Assembly: GCA_965655095.1 (NCBI GenBank)
Contig: OZ296655.1
Coordinates: 70,432,001-70,496,000, forward strand
Source: Haplodiscus bocki
Taxonomy: Eukaryota
Direction of reading: 5' to 3'
DNA length: 64,000 nucleotides
A program made the translations under genes and the position numbers. The notes under the pieces were generated by a model that was not told the origin of the DNA, searched no databases, and saw nothing but the letters and a program-made list of their open reading frames with translations. Position 1 is the first letter of the stretch. Each line of letters opens with the position of its first letter. Below are positions 26,521-41,600 of this stretch, piece by piece.

Positions 26521-26635
26521 AGTGTTGTTATTCTGCTTATAGCTAAGATTATCAGTAAAAGGATCTCACATTGGTATGTATCTTTCAACTCTATTACATT
26601 GAGAAAATGTTAATATTGCAGTGATTTGAAATTCA

Positions 26636-29600
26636 AATTGATGAGAAGTTGCACCAAAAGAAATATCTAGCGATGTAAACTTTTCAGATGATTTTGGATC
26701 TTTTCGAAAATCAGCATTGCTTCCAGCAGTTTCTTTAGGACCTTGCAATAGATTGTAATACCGGGGGTCAGAGTCGGACTAGTTGGAATTGAGATTGCAG
26801 TAACTTCAGTAGGAGATAAATTTTCAGTGATTTTAGTACTGTTTATATTTGGATTAAGAAAAACAGAAGTTGTTTGTGTTTGAGGTTGGAAACCAGTACT
26901 AGTAGTTTTTTGCTTTTTGAGCACTCGTTTTTTCAGCAATCATTGATTGAGTTGAAAACATCTCATCAATTTGGTGATCAATAGGTCTATATTGGGCAAA
27001 AATTCTAAATGGGAAAGAAATTCAGTATTGATTTGAAGTAGGTTAAGATACTTCGAATGAACATTTTCAGTTTTATTAAAGACCGGATGTATTTCATATT
27101 CAGTGGAATAGTTTGAAGACTTCTAAAAACAGCTGCAATCTGAAGTACTCCAGATAAGTCGGTAATTGAATCGCAAGAACTTCCTCAAATACAGAGAAGA
27201 AAGTTTATTTTGTGGTTTTGTTACACTGTCTACAACAGTTATTTGGGAGAAAAATGTACACTGAAAAGCATTTTTTGAGCTAAAAAATAGCTCAATAGCC
27301 AATGGTGAGGATCATTGAGTCTTTCATTTTTTTTCCACTTCAGTAGTGTCAAAGTGGTGTTGTTTATTACGAAATTCATCAATAACCGAGGAAACAACAA
27401 CAGATTGTTCTGTTAATTCATTAGTTTCTATCTTCTTGCAGTTTATTCAGTATATTTAAGGATACATCCTGAATTGGTAGATAAACATCTCACAGATTTT
27501 TGTCCACGAAAATCTTCAATTGTTGATGTTTTTTTATTAGGTGAGAAACTACAGTGAAAGCTACAACAGCAAAACTTTATTCTTAAGTATTTTAATGTTC
27601 ATAAAATAGACGAGAATCATGGTGTGCTCTAATTAGAGGAATTGAATAAATGTCGTTACAGTGTTTTTCAGATGGCAGAGACTTTTTTGGTTGTTTATTT
27701 TGCTCAGATGATTGCTCAGATGAGAGAACTTCAGTGAAATGTTGCTGCTATTCTGCAGAGGAGTTTTGTATTTGTCCAGTAAGTATCTCAGACACGAAGA
27801 ATTCTGGGATTTGCAAAGGAAATGTTTGTGTATATAAATTTGAGTTTCTATTCGGTTCCACAGACGTTTCACTTTGCGGAGTATCAATGTTTTCTCAGTT
27901 TGGTTCTTCTTATCATCATTCTCATTTTCAGATAAAGTTTTTGAGTGTGAAGTAACAGTCTGGTGTCTACTGGACAATCTTTTTTATTTTTTCTAGAGGA
28001 GTTGAAGGTATTTGAATCCAAAACGTTTCAGTAATCAGTATAAGAATCGTTATATCAAATTTCTGTGGGAAACCAAATGATTGAGGTTTCAAAATGTTGT
28101 ATATTCTTATTAAAATCCAACGGCCAAGAATGGAAAAGAAATTTACGTGAATGGATAAAAGATTACTTATTTAAAAAGTTGCGTGCAACCAAAATGGTTG
28201 TTAGCAAATTGCGAAAAACGTTTCGAGCTGCGGTCAACCAAAATCTTTTTTAGCAGAATTCCAATGAAGTTTTCAATGTGAAAAATTTTAGTCTTTACGG
28301 TCGGAGAATGATAAGCGAATGTACTTTAAAGACAGAGCTTGGGAATTTCTGAACAATCAATAATTGCGCACAATGACTAAATTAAACCGATCGCAGGATT
28401 ATATTTTTCCGTTTTACAAGATGAGAGAACTTCGATAGGTAGAACGGAGTTCAGTACTATCTAAAAACTTTCTTAGTTGACAAACAAGTCTTCACTACGT
28501 TTTTTGCAGTCAGCTCAGTATTCGGCAACTAAAAATTCCAAAGACACTTTGGAAAGGAAATTGATTGTTCTGAAATTAAACGTTACGGGTTAGAAAAGGA
28601 AAAAAAAGGGAGCCACAGGGTAAGAAACTTTCTACAGGGAAAGTTTTTACAACATAAAAGATAGGATCCTGGCAACAGTAAACTTATGAGGAAATAAATA
28701 ATTCCGAGAAATAGAATTTACTTGATCGGAAGATGCCATTGAAAATTGCTAATATTATTTTTACAGACATTAGAGTATAAACTGTAAAGAAAAGTTTCAG
28801 TGCGTTGCTCGAAAGAATTTTCAAAAGGGAAACTGATTGATTACAGAGTTGAAAGAGGAAAATTGTCACAGATATTGGAACAAAAGATTTTGTCGATGTT
28901 AACAACATAATGGTAATCAAAAAGTGAAAGGAAGGCGAAAAGGAATGGCAAAATTGACTCCTGTCCTAACGTCAGAAATTTTTGACCTCTTGGTCTAGTT
29001 TGCGATGCTAGAATGGAATGGTATCAGGGTCTGGGCGGGATTCAGTTACTAAGAATGACAGTCAACGATCATGTAGAAAGATGGCCGAGTTTATAGTCGA
29101 AACGACATTGGAAGTTTGAAGTCCAAACGACTGGAAGTTTAGGGTTGAAACGACTGTAGAAAATGAAGAACTTTTTGTTGATTAATTGAAATTTTTTATA
29201 AAGTGACGTCTGAAAATTGAAGAAAAACAAAAGAAAGGAGATGCAAAAGAAGAAGGAATAAAAAGGTTTGTTGAGAGAGAAGGTAGGGAATTTTGACGAG
29301 GATAAAATTTCACTGTTATCGCACCAAATTTTATTAACTTTAATATGATGTTTGCGTTGTAAAGTTAATACTACAAAGACACTTTGACAGAGAAATACAC
29401 AGGCCCTCCCTAACTTGCTTGACTTGAGTTCATTTTCTTGACTTGGTGTATGCTAACGATATCTCAGATTTCTCAGTAGTTCTCTTGAGAAAACAACTAT
29501 TCTCTACTTGGTTAATACTTCAACTCTCGATTTATATCTAGATCAGAAGCATTCATACAGTCATAAGTGAAAAGATTTACAGAGTTACATTGTGTCTAAT

Positions 29601-32600
29601 GGTATTCCAGGAAAATCGTTTTAAAAAGTGTTGGTATTACACCTGCTAGATCAAAAATGCTAAAGTAGGCATACTGATTTTTTCTGCGGTAGACTGTTTT
29701 TTTTAAACAAAAAAATTGGCGGGATTTCATCGATCAGTGTATCAATTGTTGAGAAGTTGTACCAATTGAAGTATCTTGCGATCTAAACCTTTCAGATGAT
29801 TTTGGATCATTACGAAAATCAGAATTGCTTCGAGCAGTTTCTGTAGGACGTTGCAACAGTATTGTAATACCGGGGATCAGAGTAGGTCTGGTGGGAATTG
29901 AGATTGCAGTAACTTCAGTAGGAGATATACATTCAGTGGTTTCAGTACTGTTTATATTTGGACTAAGAATAACAGAATTTGTTTGTGTTTGAGGTTGGAA
30001 ACCAGTACTAGTATTTTTTGCTTCTTGAGCACTCGTTTTTTCAGCAATCATTGATTGAGTTGAAAGTATCTCATCAGTTTGGTGATCGATAGGTCTATAT
30101 TGGGCAAAGACTCTAATTGGGAAAGAAATTCAGTATTGATTTGAAGTAGGTTAAGATACTTCGAATGAACATTTTCATTTTTCTTAGAGACCGGTTGTAT
30201 TTCATATTCAGTGGAATAGTTTGAAAAATTCTAAAAACAGCTGCAGTCTGAAGTATTCCAGATAAGTCGGTAATTGAATCGCAAGAACTTCCTCAAATAC
30301 AGAGAAGAAAGTTTATTTTGTGGTTTTGTTACACTGTCTACAACAGTTATTTGGGAGAAAAATGTACACTGAAAAGCATTTTTTGAGCTAAAAAATAGCT
30401 CAATAGCCAATGGTGAGGATCATTGAGTCTTTCATTTTTTTTCCACTTCAGTAGTGTCAAAGTGGTGTTGTTTATTACGAAATTCATCAATAACCGAGGA
30501 AACAACAACAGATTGTTCTGTTAATTCATTAGTTTCTATCTTCTTGCAGTTTATTCAGTATATTTAAGGATACATCCTGAATTGGTAGATAAACTTCTCA
30601 CAGATTTTTGTCCACGAAAATGTTCAATTGTTGATGTTTTTTTATTAGGTGAGAAACTACAGTGAAAGCTACAACAGCAAAACTTTATTCTCAAGTATTT
30701 TAATGTTCATAAAATAGACGAGAATCATGGTGTGCTCTAATTAGAGGAATTGAATAAATGTCGTTACAGTGTTTTCCAGATGGCAGAGACTTTTTTGGTT
30801 GTTTATTTTGCTCAGATGATTGCTCAGATGAGAGAACTTCAGTGAATTGTTGCTACTATTCTGCAGAGGAGTTTTGTTTTTGTCCAGTAAGTATCTCAGA
30901 ATAGAAGATAATTGGGATTTGCAAACGAAATGGTTGTGTATATATTTTTGACTTTCTATTCGGTTCCACAGACGTTTCACGTTGCGGAGATTCCAGATTT
31001 TCTCAGTTTGGTTCTTCTTATCATCATTCTCATTTTCAGATAAATTTTTCGAGTGTGAAGTAACAGTTTGGTGTCTACTGAACAATCTTTAGTTTTTTTA
31101 TCCAGAGGAGTTGAAAAAATTTGAATCCAAAAGATTTCAGTTTTCAGTCTAAGAATTGTTAAAGCAACCTTTTGCCGAAAACTAATCGAATGAAGTTTCA
31201 AAAGGTTGTATATTTACCTTAAATTCCAACAGCCATGAATAGAAAAGAAACTTACGATGAATGGATAAAATATTACTCAATTAAAAGGTTGTGTTCAACC
31301 AAAATGGTTGTTAGCAAATTGGGAAAAATGTTTCAAACTGTGTTCAACCATAAAAATTCTAGCAGAATTCCAATAAAATCATCCATAAGAAAATTTTATT
31401 TTTACGGTAGGAGAATGACAAGCGAATGTACTTTTAGGACAGGGCTTGGGATTTTCTGAAAAATCAACATTTGCGCACAATGTCTAATTAAAACCGATCG
31501 CAGGATTATATTTTTCCGTTTTACAAGATGAGAGAACTTCGATAGGTAGAACGGAGTTCAGTACTATCCGAAAACTCTCCTAAATGACAAACGAGTCTTC
31601 ACTACGTTTTTTGCAGTCAGCTCAGTATTCTGCAACTAAAATTTCCAAAGACACTTTGGAAAGGAAATTTATTGTTCTGAAATTAAACGTTACGGGTTAG
31701 AAAAGGAAAAATAGGGAGCCACAGGGTAAGAAACCTTCTACAGGAAAAGTTTTTACAACATAAAAGCTAAGATCCTGGCAACAGTAAACTTATGTGAAAA
31801 CAAACAATTCCGAGAAATAGAATTTAATTGATCGGAAGATGCCATTGAAATTTGGTAATAAATTTTTTTACAGATTTTACAGTATAAACTGTAAAGAAAA
31901 GATTCAGAGCGTTGCTTAAAAGAATTTTCAAAAGGGAAACTGATTGATTACAGACTTGAAAGAGCAAAATTGTCACAGATATTGGAACAAAAAATTTTGT
32001 CGATGTTAACAACATAATGGTAATCAAAAAGTGAAACGAAGGCGAAAAGGAAAGGCAAAATTGACTCCTGTCCTAACGTCAGAAATTTTTGACTTCTTGG
32101 TCTAGTTTGCAATGCTAGAATGGAATGGTATCAGGGTCTCGGCGGGATTCAGTTACTAAGAATGACCGTCAACGATCATGTAGAAAATGGCTGAGTTTAT
32201 AGTCGAAACGACATTGGAAGTTTGAAGTCCAAACGACTGGAAGTTTAGAGCTGAAACGACTGTAGAAAATGAAGAACTTTCTGTTGATTAATTGAAATTT
32301 TTTATAAAGTAACGTCTGAAAAATGAAGGAAAACAAGAGAAAGGAGATGCAGAAGAAGAAAGATTAAAAAGGTTTGTTGAGAGAGAAGGTAGAGAATTTT
32401 GACGAGGATAAAATTTCACTTTTATCGCACAAAATTTTATTAACTTTAATATGATGTTTGCGTTGTAAAGCTAATACTACAAAGACACTTTGACAGAGAA
32501 AAACACAGGCCCTCTCTAACTTGCTTGACTTGAGTTCATTTTCTTGACTTGGTGTATGCTAACGATATCTCAGATTTCTCAGTAGTTCTCTTGAGAAAAC

Positions 32601-35600
32601 AACTATTCTCTACTTGGTTAATACTTCAACTCTCGATTTATATCTAGATCAGAAGCATTCATACAGTCATAAATGACAAGATTTACAGAGTTACATTGTG
32701 TCTAATGGTATTCCAGGAAAATCTTTTTAAAAAGTGTTGGTATTACACCTGCTAGATCAAAAATGCTAAAATAGGCATACTGATTTTTTCTGCGGTAGAC
32801 TGTTTCTTCTTTTAAACAAAAAAATTGGCGGGATTTCATCGATCAGTGTATCAATTGTTGAGAAGTTGTACCAACTGAAGTATCTTGCGATCTAAACTTT
32901 TCAGATGATTTTGGATCATTACGAAAATCGGAATTGCTTCGAGCAGTTTCTGTAGGACGTTCCAACAGTATTGTAATACCGGAGATCAGAGTAGGTCTGG
33001 TGGTAATTGAGGTTGCAGTAACTTCAGTAGGAGATATACTTTCAGTGGTTTCAGTACTGTTTATATTTGGACCAAGAATTACAAAATTTGTTTGTGTTTG
33101 AGGTTGTAAACCAGTACTAGTATTTTTTTGCTTCTTGATTACTCGCTTTTTCAGCAATCATTGATTGAGTTGAAAGTATCTCATCAATTTGGTGATCAAT
33201 AGGTCTATATTGGGCAGAAGCTCTAATTGGGAAAGAAATTCAGTATTGATTTGAAGTAGGTTAAGATACTTCGAATGAACACTTTCAGTTTTAATAGAGA
33301 CCGGTTGTATTTCATTTTCAGTGGAATAATTTGAAGAATTCTAAAAACAGCTGCAGTCTGAAGTATTCCAGATAGGTCGGTAATTGAATCGCAAGAAGTT
33401 CTTCAAAAACAGAGAAGAAAGTTTATATTGTGCTTTTTTTACACTGTCTACAACAGTTATTTGGGAAAAAAATGTACACTGAAAAGCATTTTTTGAGCTA
33501 AATAGTCCTATACCCAGTGGTGAGGATCATTGAGTCTTTCAATTTTATCCACTTCAGTAGTGTCAAATTGGTGTTGTTCATTACGAAATTCATCAATAAC
33601 CGAGGAAACAACAACAGATTGTTCTGTTAATTCCTTAGTTTCTAACTTCTTGCAGTTTATTCAGTATATTTAAGTATACATCCTGAATTGGTAGATAAAA
33701 GTCTCACAGATTTCTTGTCTACGAAAAGATTCAATTGTTGATGTTTTTAATTGGGTGAGAAACTACAGTGGAAGCTACAACAGCAAAACCTCATTCACAA
33801 GTATTTTATTGTTCAAAAAAGAGCCGAGAATCATGGTGTTTTCTAATTAGAGGAATTGAATAAATAAAGTTACAGTGTTTTTGAAAAGCCAGAGTTTTTT
33901 TTTGGTTTCTATAGTAGTTTCATTGCTCAGATGAGAAAACTTCACTGAATTTTTGCTACTATTCTGCAGAGGAGTTTTGTTTTTGTCCAGTAAGTATCTC
34001 AGAATAGAAGATAATTGGGATTTGCAAACGAAATGGTTGTGTATATATATTTGAGTTTCTATTCGGTTCCACAGACGTTTCACTTTGCGGAGATTCAAGG
34101 TTTTCTCAGTTTGGTTCTTCTTATCATCATTCTCATTTTCAGATAAAGTTTTCGAGTGTGAAGTAACAGTTTGGTGTCTACTGAACAATCTTTCATTTTT
34201 TTTCCAGAGGAGTTGAAAAAATTTGAATCCAAAAGATTTCAGTATTCAGTCTAAGAATTGTTAAAGCAACTTTTTGTCGAAAACTAATTGAACGAACTTT
34301 CAAAAGGTTGTATATTTACATTAAATTCCAACAGCCTTGAATGCAAAAGAAAATTACGATGAATGGATAAAATATTACTCAATTAAAAGGTTGTGTTCAA
34401 CCAGAATGGTTGTTAGCAAATTGAGAAAAATGTTTCGAACTGTGGTCAACCATAAAAATTCTAGCAGAATTCCAATAAAATCTTCCATGTGAAAAGTTTA
34501 ATTTTACGGTAGGAGAATGACAAGCGAATGTACTTTTAGGACAGAGCTTGGGAATTTCTGAAAAAACAACATTTGCGCACAATGTCTAATTAAAACCGAT
34601 GGCAGGATTAAGTTTTTCCGTTTTACAAGATGAGAGAACTTCGATAGGTAGAACGGAGTTCAGTACTATCTAAAAACACTCTTAGTTGACAAACAAGTCT
34701 TCACTACGTTTTTTGCAGTCAGCTCAGTATTCCGCAACTAAAAATTCCAAAGACACTTTGGAAAGGAAATTTATTGTTCTAAATATAAACGTTACGGGTT
34801 AGAAAAGGAAAAATAGGGAGCCACAGGGTAAGAAACCTTCTACAGGGAAAGTTCTTACAACATAAAAGATAGGATCCTGGCAACAGTAAATTTATGTGGA
34901 AATAAATAATTCCGAGAAATAGAATTTACTTGATCGGAAGATGCCATTGAATTTTGCTAATAATTTTTTTTTCAGATCTTACAGTATAAACTGTAAAGAA
35001 AAGATTCAGAGCGTTGTTTAAAAGAATTTTCAAAAAGGAAACTGATTGATTACAAAGTTGAAAGAGGAAATTTGGCACAGATAATGCAACAAAAAAATTT
35101 GTCGATGTTAACAACATAATGGTAATCAAAAAGTGAAAGGAAGGCGAAAAGGATTGGCAAAATTGACTCCTGTCCTAATGTCAGAAATTTTTGACCTCTT
35201 GGTCTAGTTTGCGATGCTAGAATGGAATGGTATCAGGGTCTGAGCGGGATTCAGTTACTAAGAATGACAGTCAACGATCATGTAGAAAAGGGCTGAGTTT
35301 ATAGTCAAAACGACATTGGAAGTTTGAAGTCCAAACGACTGGAAGTTTAGAGTTGAAACGACTGTAGTAAATGAAGAACTTTCTGTTGATTAATTGAAGT
35401 TTTTTATAAAGTAACGTCTGAAAATTGAAGAAAAACAAGAGAAAGTAGATGCAGAAGAAGAAGGAATAAAAAGGTTTGTTGAGAGAGAAGGTAGAGAATT
35501 TTGACGAGGATAAAATTTCACTGTTATCGCACCAAATTTTTGTAACTTTAAAATGATGTTTGCGTTGTAAAGTTGATACTACAAAGACACTTTGACAGAG

Positions 35601-38600
35601 AAATACACAGGCCCTCCCTAACTTGCTTGACTTGAGTTCACTTTCTTAACTTGGTGTATGCTAACGATATCTCAGATTTCTCAGTAGTTCTCTTGAGGAA
35701 ACAACTATTCTCTACTTGGTTCAACTCTCGATTTATATCTAGATCAGAAGCATTCATACAGTCATGAATGCAAAGATTTACAGAGTTACATTGTGTCTAG
35801 TGGTATTCCAGGAAATTCTTTCTAAAAAGTGTTGGTATTACACCTGCTAGATCGAAAATGCTAAAGTAGGCATACTGATTTTTCCTGCGGTAGACTGTTT
35901 CTTTTTTTAAACAAAAAAATTGGCGGGATTCTATCGATCAGTGTATTAATTGTTGAGAAGTTGTACCAATTGAAGTATCTTGCGATCTAAACTTTTCAGA
36001 TGATTTTGGATCATTACGAAAACCAGAATTGCTTCGAGCAGTTTCTGTAGGACGTTGCAACAGTATTGTAATACCGGGGATATAGAGCAGGTCTGGTGGG
36101 AATTGAGACTGCAGTAACTTCAGTAGGAGATATACTTTCAGTGGTTTCAGTACTGTTTATATTTGGACCAAGAATTACAAAGTTTGTTTGTGTTTGAGGT
36201 TGGAAACCAGTACTAGTATTTTTTTGCTTCTTGATTACTCGCTTTTTCAGCAATCATTGATTGAGTTGAAAGTATCTCATCAATTTGGTGATCAATAGGT
36301 CTGTATTGGGCAGAAGCTCTAATTGGGAAAGAAATTCAGTATTGATTTGAAATAGGTTAAGATACTTCGAATGAACACTTTCAGTTTTAATAGAGACCGG
36401 TTGTATTTCATTTTCAGTGGAATAGTTTGAAGAATTCTAAAAACAGCTGCAATCTGAAGTATTCCAGATAGGTCGGTAATTGAATCGCAAGAAGTTCTTC
36501 AAAAACAGAGAAGAAAGTTTATTTTGTGCTTTTGTTACACTGTCTACAACAGTTATTTGGGAAAAAAATGTACACTGAAAAGCAATTTTTGAGCTAATTA
36601 GTCCTATACCCAGTAGTGAGGATCATTGAGTCTTTCAATTTTATCCACTTCAGTAGTGTCAAAATGGTGTTGTTTATTACGAATTTCATCAATAACCGAG
36701 GAAACAACAACAGATTGTTCTCTTAATTCCTTAGTTTCTAACTTCTTGCAGTTTATTCAGTATATTTAAGTATACATCCTGAATTGGTAGATAAAAGTCT
36801 CACAGATTTCTTGTCTACGAAAAGATTCAATTGTTGATGTTTTTAATTGAGTGAGAAACTACAGTGAAAGCTACAACAGCAAAACCTCATTCACAAGTAT
36901 TTTATTGTTCAAAAAAGAGCCGAGAATCATGTTGTTCTCTAATTAGAGGAATTGAATGAATAAAGTTACAGTGTTTTTGAAAAGCCAGAGTCTTTTTTGG
37001 TTTCTATAGTAGTTTCATTGCTCAGATGAGAAAACTTCACTGAATTGTTGCTACTATTCTGCAGAGGAGTTTTGTTTTTGTCCAGTAAGTATCTCAGATA
37101 GAAGATAATTGGGATTTGCAAAGGAATTGGTTGTGTATATAAATTTGAGTTTCTCTCCGGTTCCACAGATGTTTCACTTTGCGAAGATTCAGTACTTTCT
37201 CAGTTTGGTTCTTCTTGTCATCAATCTCATTTTCAGATAGAGTTTTTGAGCGTGAAGTAACAGTTTGGTGTCTACTGAACAATCTTTTATATATTTTCCT
37301 GAGGAGTTTAAAATAATTGAACCCAAAAGATTTCAGTAATCAGTATAAGGATTGTTAGGTCAACCTTTTGCCGAAAACTAAAAGAATGAAGTTTCAAAAG
37401 GTTGTATATTTACATTAAATTCCAACAGCCATGAATGGAAAAAGAAAATTACGATGAATGGATAAAAAATTACTCAATTAAAAGGTTGTGTTCAACCAAA
37501 ATGGTTGTTAGCAAATTGGGAAAAATGTTTCGAACTGTGGTCAACCATAAAAATTCTAGCGGAATTCCAATAAAATGTTCCATGTGAAAATTTTATTTTT
37601 ACGGTAGGAGAATGACAAGCGAATGTACTTTTAGGACAGAGCTTGGGAATTTCTGAAATATCAACATTTGCGCACAATGTCTAATTGAAACCGATCGCAG
37701 GATTATATTTTTCCGTTTTACAAGATGAGAGAACTTCGATAGGTAGAACGGAGTTCAGTACTATCTATAAACTCTCTTAGTTGACAAATAAGTCTTCACT
37801 ACGTTTTTGCAGTCAGCTCAGTAGTCCGCAACTAAAAATTCCAAAGACGCTCTGGAAGGGAAATTTATTGTTCTGAGTTTAAGTGTTACGGGTTAGAAAA
37901 CGAAAAATGGGCAGCCATAGAGTAGGAAACCTTCTACAAGGAAAGTTTTTACAACATAGGAGATTAGATCCTGGCAACAGTAAACTTATGTGGAAATAAA
38001 AAATTCCGAGAAATAGAATTTACTTGATCGGAAGATGCCATTGAATTTTGCTAACAAAATTTTTTACAGATCTTACAGTATCAATTGTAAAGAAAAGATT
38101 CAGTGCGATGCTTAATAGAATTTTCAAAAGGTAAACTGATTGCTTACAGAGTTGAAAGAAGAAAAATGTCACAGATATTGGAACAAAAAATTTTGTTGAT
38201 GTTAACAACATAATGGTAAACAAAAAGTGAGAAGAAGGCGAAAAGGAATGGCAAAGATGATTCCTGTCCTAACATCAGAAATTTTTGAACTCTTGGTCTA
38301 GTTTGCGATGCTAAAATGGAATAGTTTTAGGGTCTGGGCGGGATTCAGTTACTAAGAATGACAGTCAACGAACATGTACAAAGATGGCCGAGTTTATAGT
38401 CGAAACGACATTGGAACTTTGAAGTCCAAACGACTTGAAGTTTAGAGTTGAAACAACTGTAGAAAGTGAAGAAACTTTTGTTGAATAATTGAAATTTTTT
38501 ATAAAGTAACGTCTGAAAAATGAAGGAAAACAAGAGAAAGGAGATGCAGAAGAAGAAAGATTAAAAAGGTTTGTTGAGAGAGAAGGTAGAGAAGTTTGAC

Positions 38601-41600
38601 GAGGGTAAAATTTCACTGTTATCGCACCAAATTTTTGAAACTTTAAAATGATGTTTGCGTTGTAAAGTTGATACTACAAAGACACTTTGACAGAGAAATA
38701 TACAGGCCCTCCCTAACTTGTTTGACTTGAGTTCATTTTCTTGACTTGGTGTATGCTAACGATATCTCAGATTTCTCAGCAGTTCTCTTGAGAAAACAAC
38801 TATTCTCTACTTGGTTAATACTTCAACTCTCGATTTATATCTAGATCAGAAGCATTCATACAGTCAAAAATGAAAAGATTTACAGAGTTACATTGTGTCT
38901 AGTGGTATTCCAGGAAATTCTTTTTAAAAAGTGTTGGTATTACACCTGCTAGATCGAAAATGCTAAAGTAGGCATACTGATTTTTTCTGCGGTAGACTGT
39001 TTCTTCTTTTAAACAAAAAAATTGGCGGGATTTCATCGATCAGTGTATCAATTGTTGAGAAGTTGTACCAACTGAAGTATCTTGCGATCTAAACTTTTCA
39101 GATGATTTTGGATCATTACGAAAATCGGAATTGCTTCGAGCAGTTTCTGTAGGACGTTGCAACAGTATTGTAATACCGGAGATCAGAGTAGGTCTGGTGG
39201 GAATTGAGGTTGCAGTAACTTCAGTAGGAGATATACTTTCAGTGGTTTCAGTACTGTTTATATTTGGACCAAGAATTACAAAGTTTGTTTGTGTTTGAGG
39301 TTGGAAACCAGTACTAGTATTTTTTTGCTTCTTGATTACTCGCTTTTTCAGCAATCATTGATTGAGTTGAAAGTATCTCATCAATTTGGTGATCAATAGG
39401 TCTGTATTGGGCAAAAACTCTAATTGGGAAAAAAATTCAGTATTGATTTGAAGTTGGTTAAGATACTTCGAATGAACATTTTCAGTTTTATTAAAGACCG
39501 CTTGTATTTGATCTTCAGTGGAATAGTTTCAAGAATTCTAAAAAGAGCTGCAATCTGAAGTATTCCAGACAAGTCGGTAATTGAATCGCAAGAACTTCCT
39601 CAAATACAGAGAAGAAAGTTTATTCTGTGGTTTTGTTACACTGTCTACAACAGTTGTTTGGGAAAAAATGTACACTGAAAAGCATTTTTTGAGCTAAAAA
39701 ATAGTTCAATAGCCAATGGCGAGGATCATTGAGTCTTTCCTTTTTCTTCCACTTCAGTAGTGTCAAAGTGGTGTTGTTTATTACGAAATTCATCAATATC
39801 CGAGGAAACAACAACAGATTGTTCTCCTAATTCATTAGTTTCTATCTTTTTGCAGTGTATTCAGTATATTTAAGTATACAACCTGAATTGGTAGATAAAT
39901 ATCTCACAGATTTCTGGTCTACGAAAAGATTCATCTGTTGATGTTTTTAATTGGGTGAGAAACTACAGTGAAAGCTACAACAGCAAAACTTCATTCACAA
40001 GTATTTTATCGTTCATAAAAGAGACGAGAATCATGGTGTTCTCTAACTAGAGGAATTGAATAAATAAAGTTACAGTGTTTTCGAAAAGCCGGAGTCTTTT
40101 TTGGTTTTCTATAGTAGTTTGATTGCTCAGATGAGAAAACTTCAGTGAATTTTTGCTGCTATTCTGCAGAGAAGTTTTGTTTTTGTCCTGTAAGTATCTC
40201 AGAATAAAAGATAATTGGGATTTGCAAACGAAATGGTTGTGTATATATATTTGAGTTTCTATTCGGTTCCACAGACGTTTCACTTTGCGGAGATTCAAGG
40301 TCTTCTCAGTTTGGTTCTTCTTATCATCATTCTCATTTTCAGATAAATCTTTCGAGTGTGAAGTAACAGTTTGGTATCTACTGAACAATCTTTTGTTTTT
40401 TTTTCCAGAGGATCTGAAAAAACTTGAATCCAAAAGATTTCAGTATTCAGTCTAAGAATTGTTAAAGCAACTTTTTGTCGAAAACTAATTGAATGAAGTT
40501 TCAAAAGGTTGTATATTTACATTAAATTCCAACAGGCGTGAATGGAAAAAAAATACGATGAATGGATAAAATTTTACTCATTTGAAAGGTTGTGTTCAAC
40601 CAAAATGGTTGTTAACAAATTGGGAAAAATGTTTCGAACTGTGGTCAACCAAAAAAATTCAAACAGAATTCCAATAAAGTCTTCCATGTGAAAATTTTAT
40701 TTTTACGGTAGGAGAATGACAAGCGAATGCACTTTTAGGACAGAGCTTGGAAATTTCTGAAAAATCAACATTTGCGCACAATGTCCAAATAAAATCGATC
40801 GCAGGATTTTATTTTTCCGTTTTACAAGATGAGAGAACTTCGATAGGTAGAACGGAGTTCAGTACTATCTATAAACTCTCTTAGTTGACAAATAAGTCTT
40901 CACTACGTTTTTGCAGTCAGCTCAGTAGTCCGCAACTAAAAATTCCAAAGACGCTCTGGAAGGGAAATTTATTGTTCTGAGTTTAAGTGTTACGGGTTAG
41001 AAAACGAAAAATGGGCAGCCATAGAGTAGGAAACCTTCTACAAGGAAAGTTTTTACAACATAGGAGATTAGATCCTGGCAACAGTAAACTTATGTGGAAA
41101 TAAAAAATTCCGAGAAATAGAATTTACTTGATCGGAAGATGCCATTGAATTTTGCTAACAAAATTTTTTACAGATCTTACAGTATCAATTGTAAAGAAAA
41201 GATTCAGTGCGATGCTTAATAGAATTTTCAAAAGGTAAACTGATTGCTTACAGAGTTGAAAGAAGAAAAATGTCACAGATATTGGAACAAAAAATTTTGT
41301 TGATGTTAACAACATAATGGTAAACAAAAAGTGAGAAGAAGGCGAAAAGGAATGGCAAAGATGATTCCTGACCTAACATCAGAAATTTTTGAACTCTTGG
41401 TCTAGTTTGCGATGCTAAAATGGAATAGTTTCAGGGTCTGGGCGGGATTCAGTTACTAAGAATGACAGTCAACGAACATGTAGAAAGATGGCCGAGTTTA
41501 GAGTCAAAACGACATTGGATGTTTGACGTCCAAACGACTGGAAGTTTAAAATTGAAACGACTGTAGAAAATGAAGAACTTTTTGTTGATTTATTGAATTT

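Larger units (their letters stand above)
8807..29627. repeat. Direct tandem duplication of ~10.41 kb (8807-19214 and 19216-29627), >99% identical
   Basis: ORF pairs recur at an offset of 10409-10414 (8936/19345, 15573/25987, 17219/27633). The junction reads ...gaaaatcgttttaaaaaa-c-aatatcagaagcag.... Copies differ only by scattered substitutions and homopolymer lengths. Confidence 0.97.
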
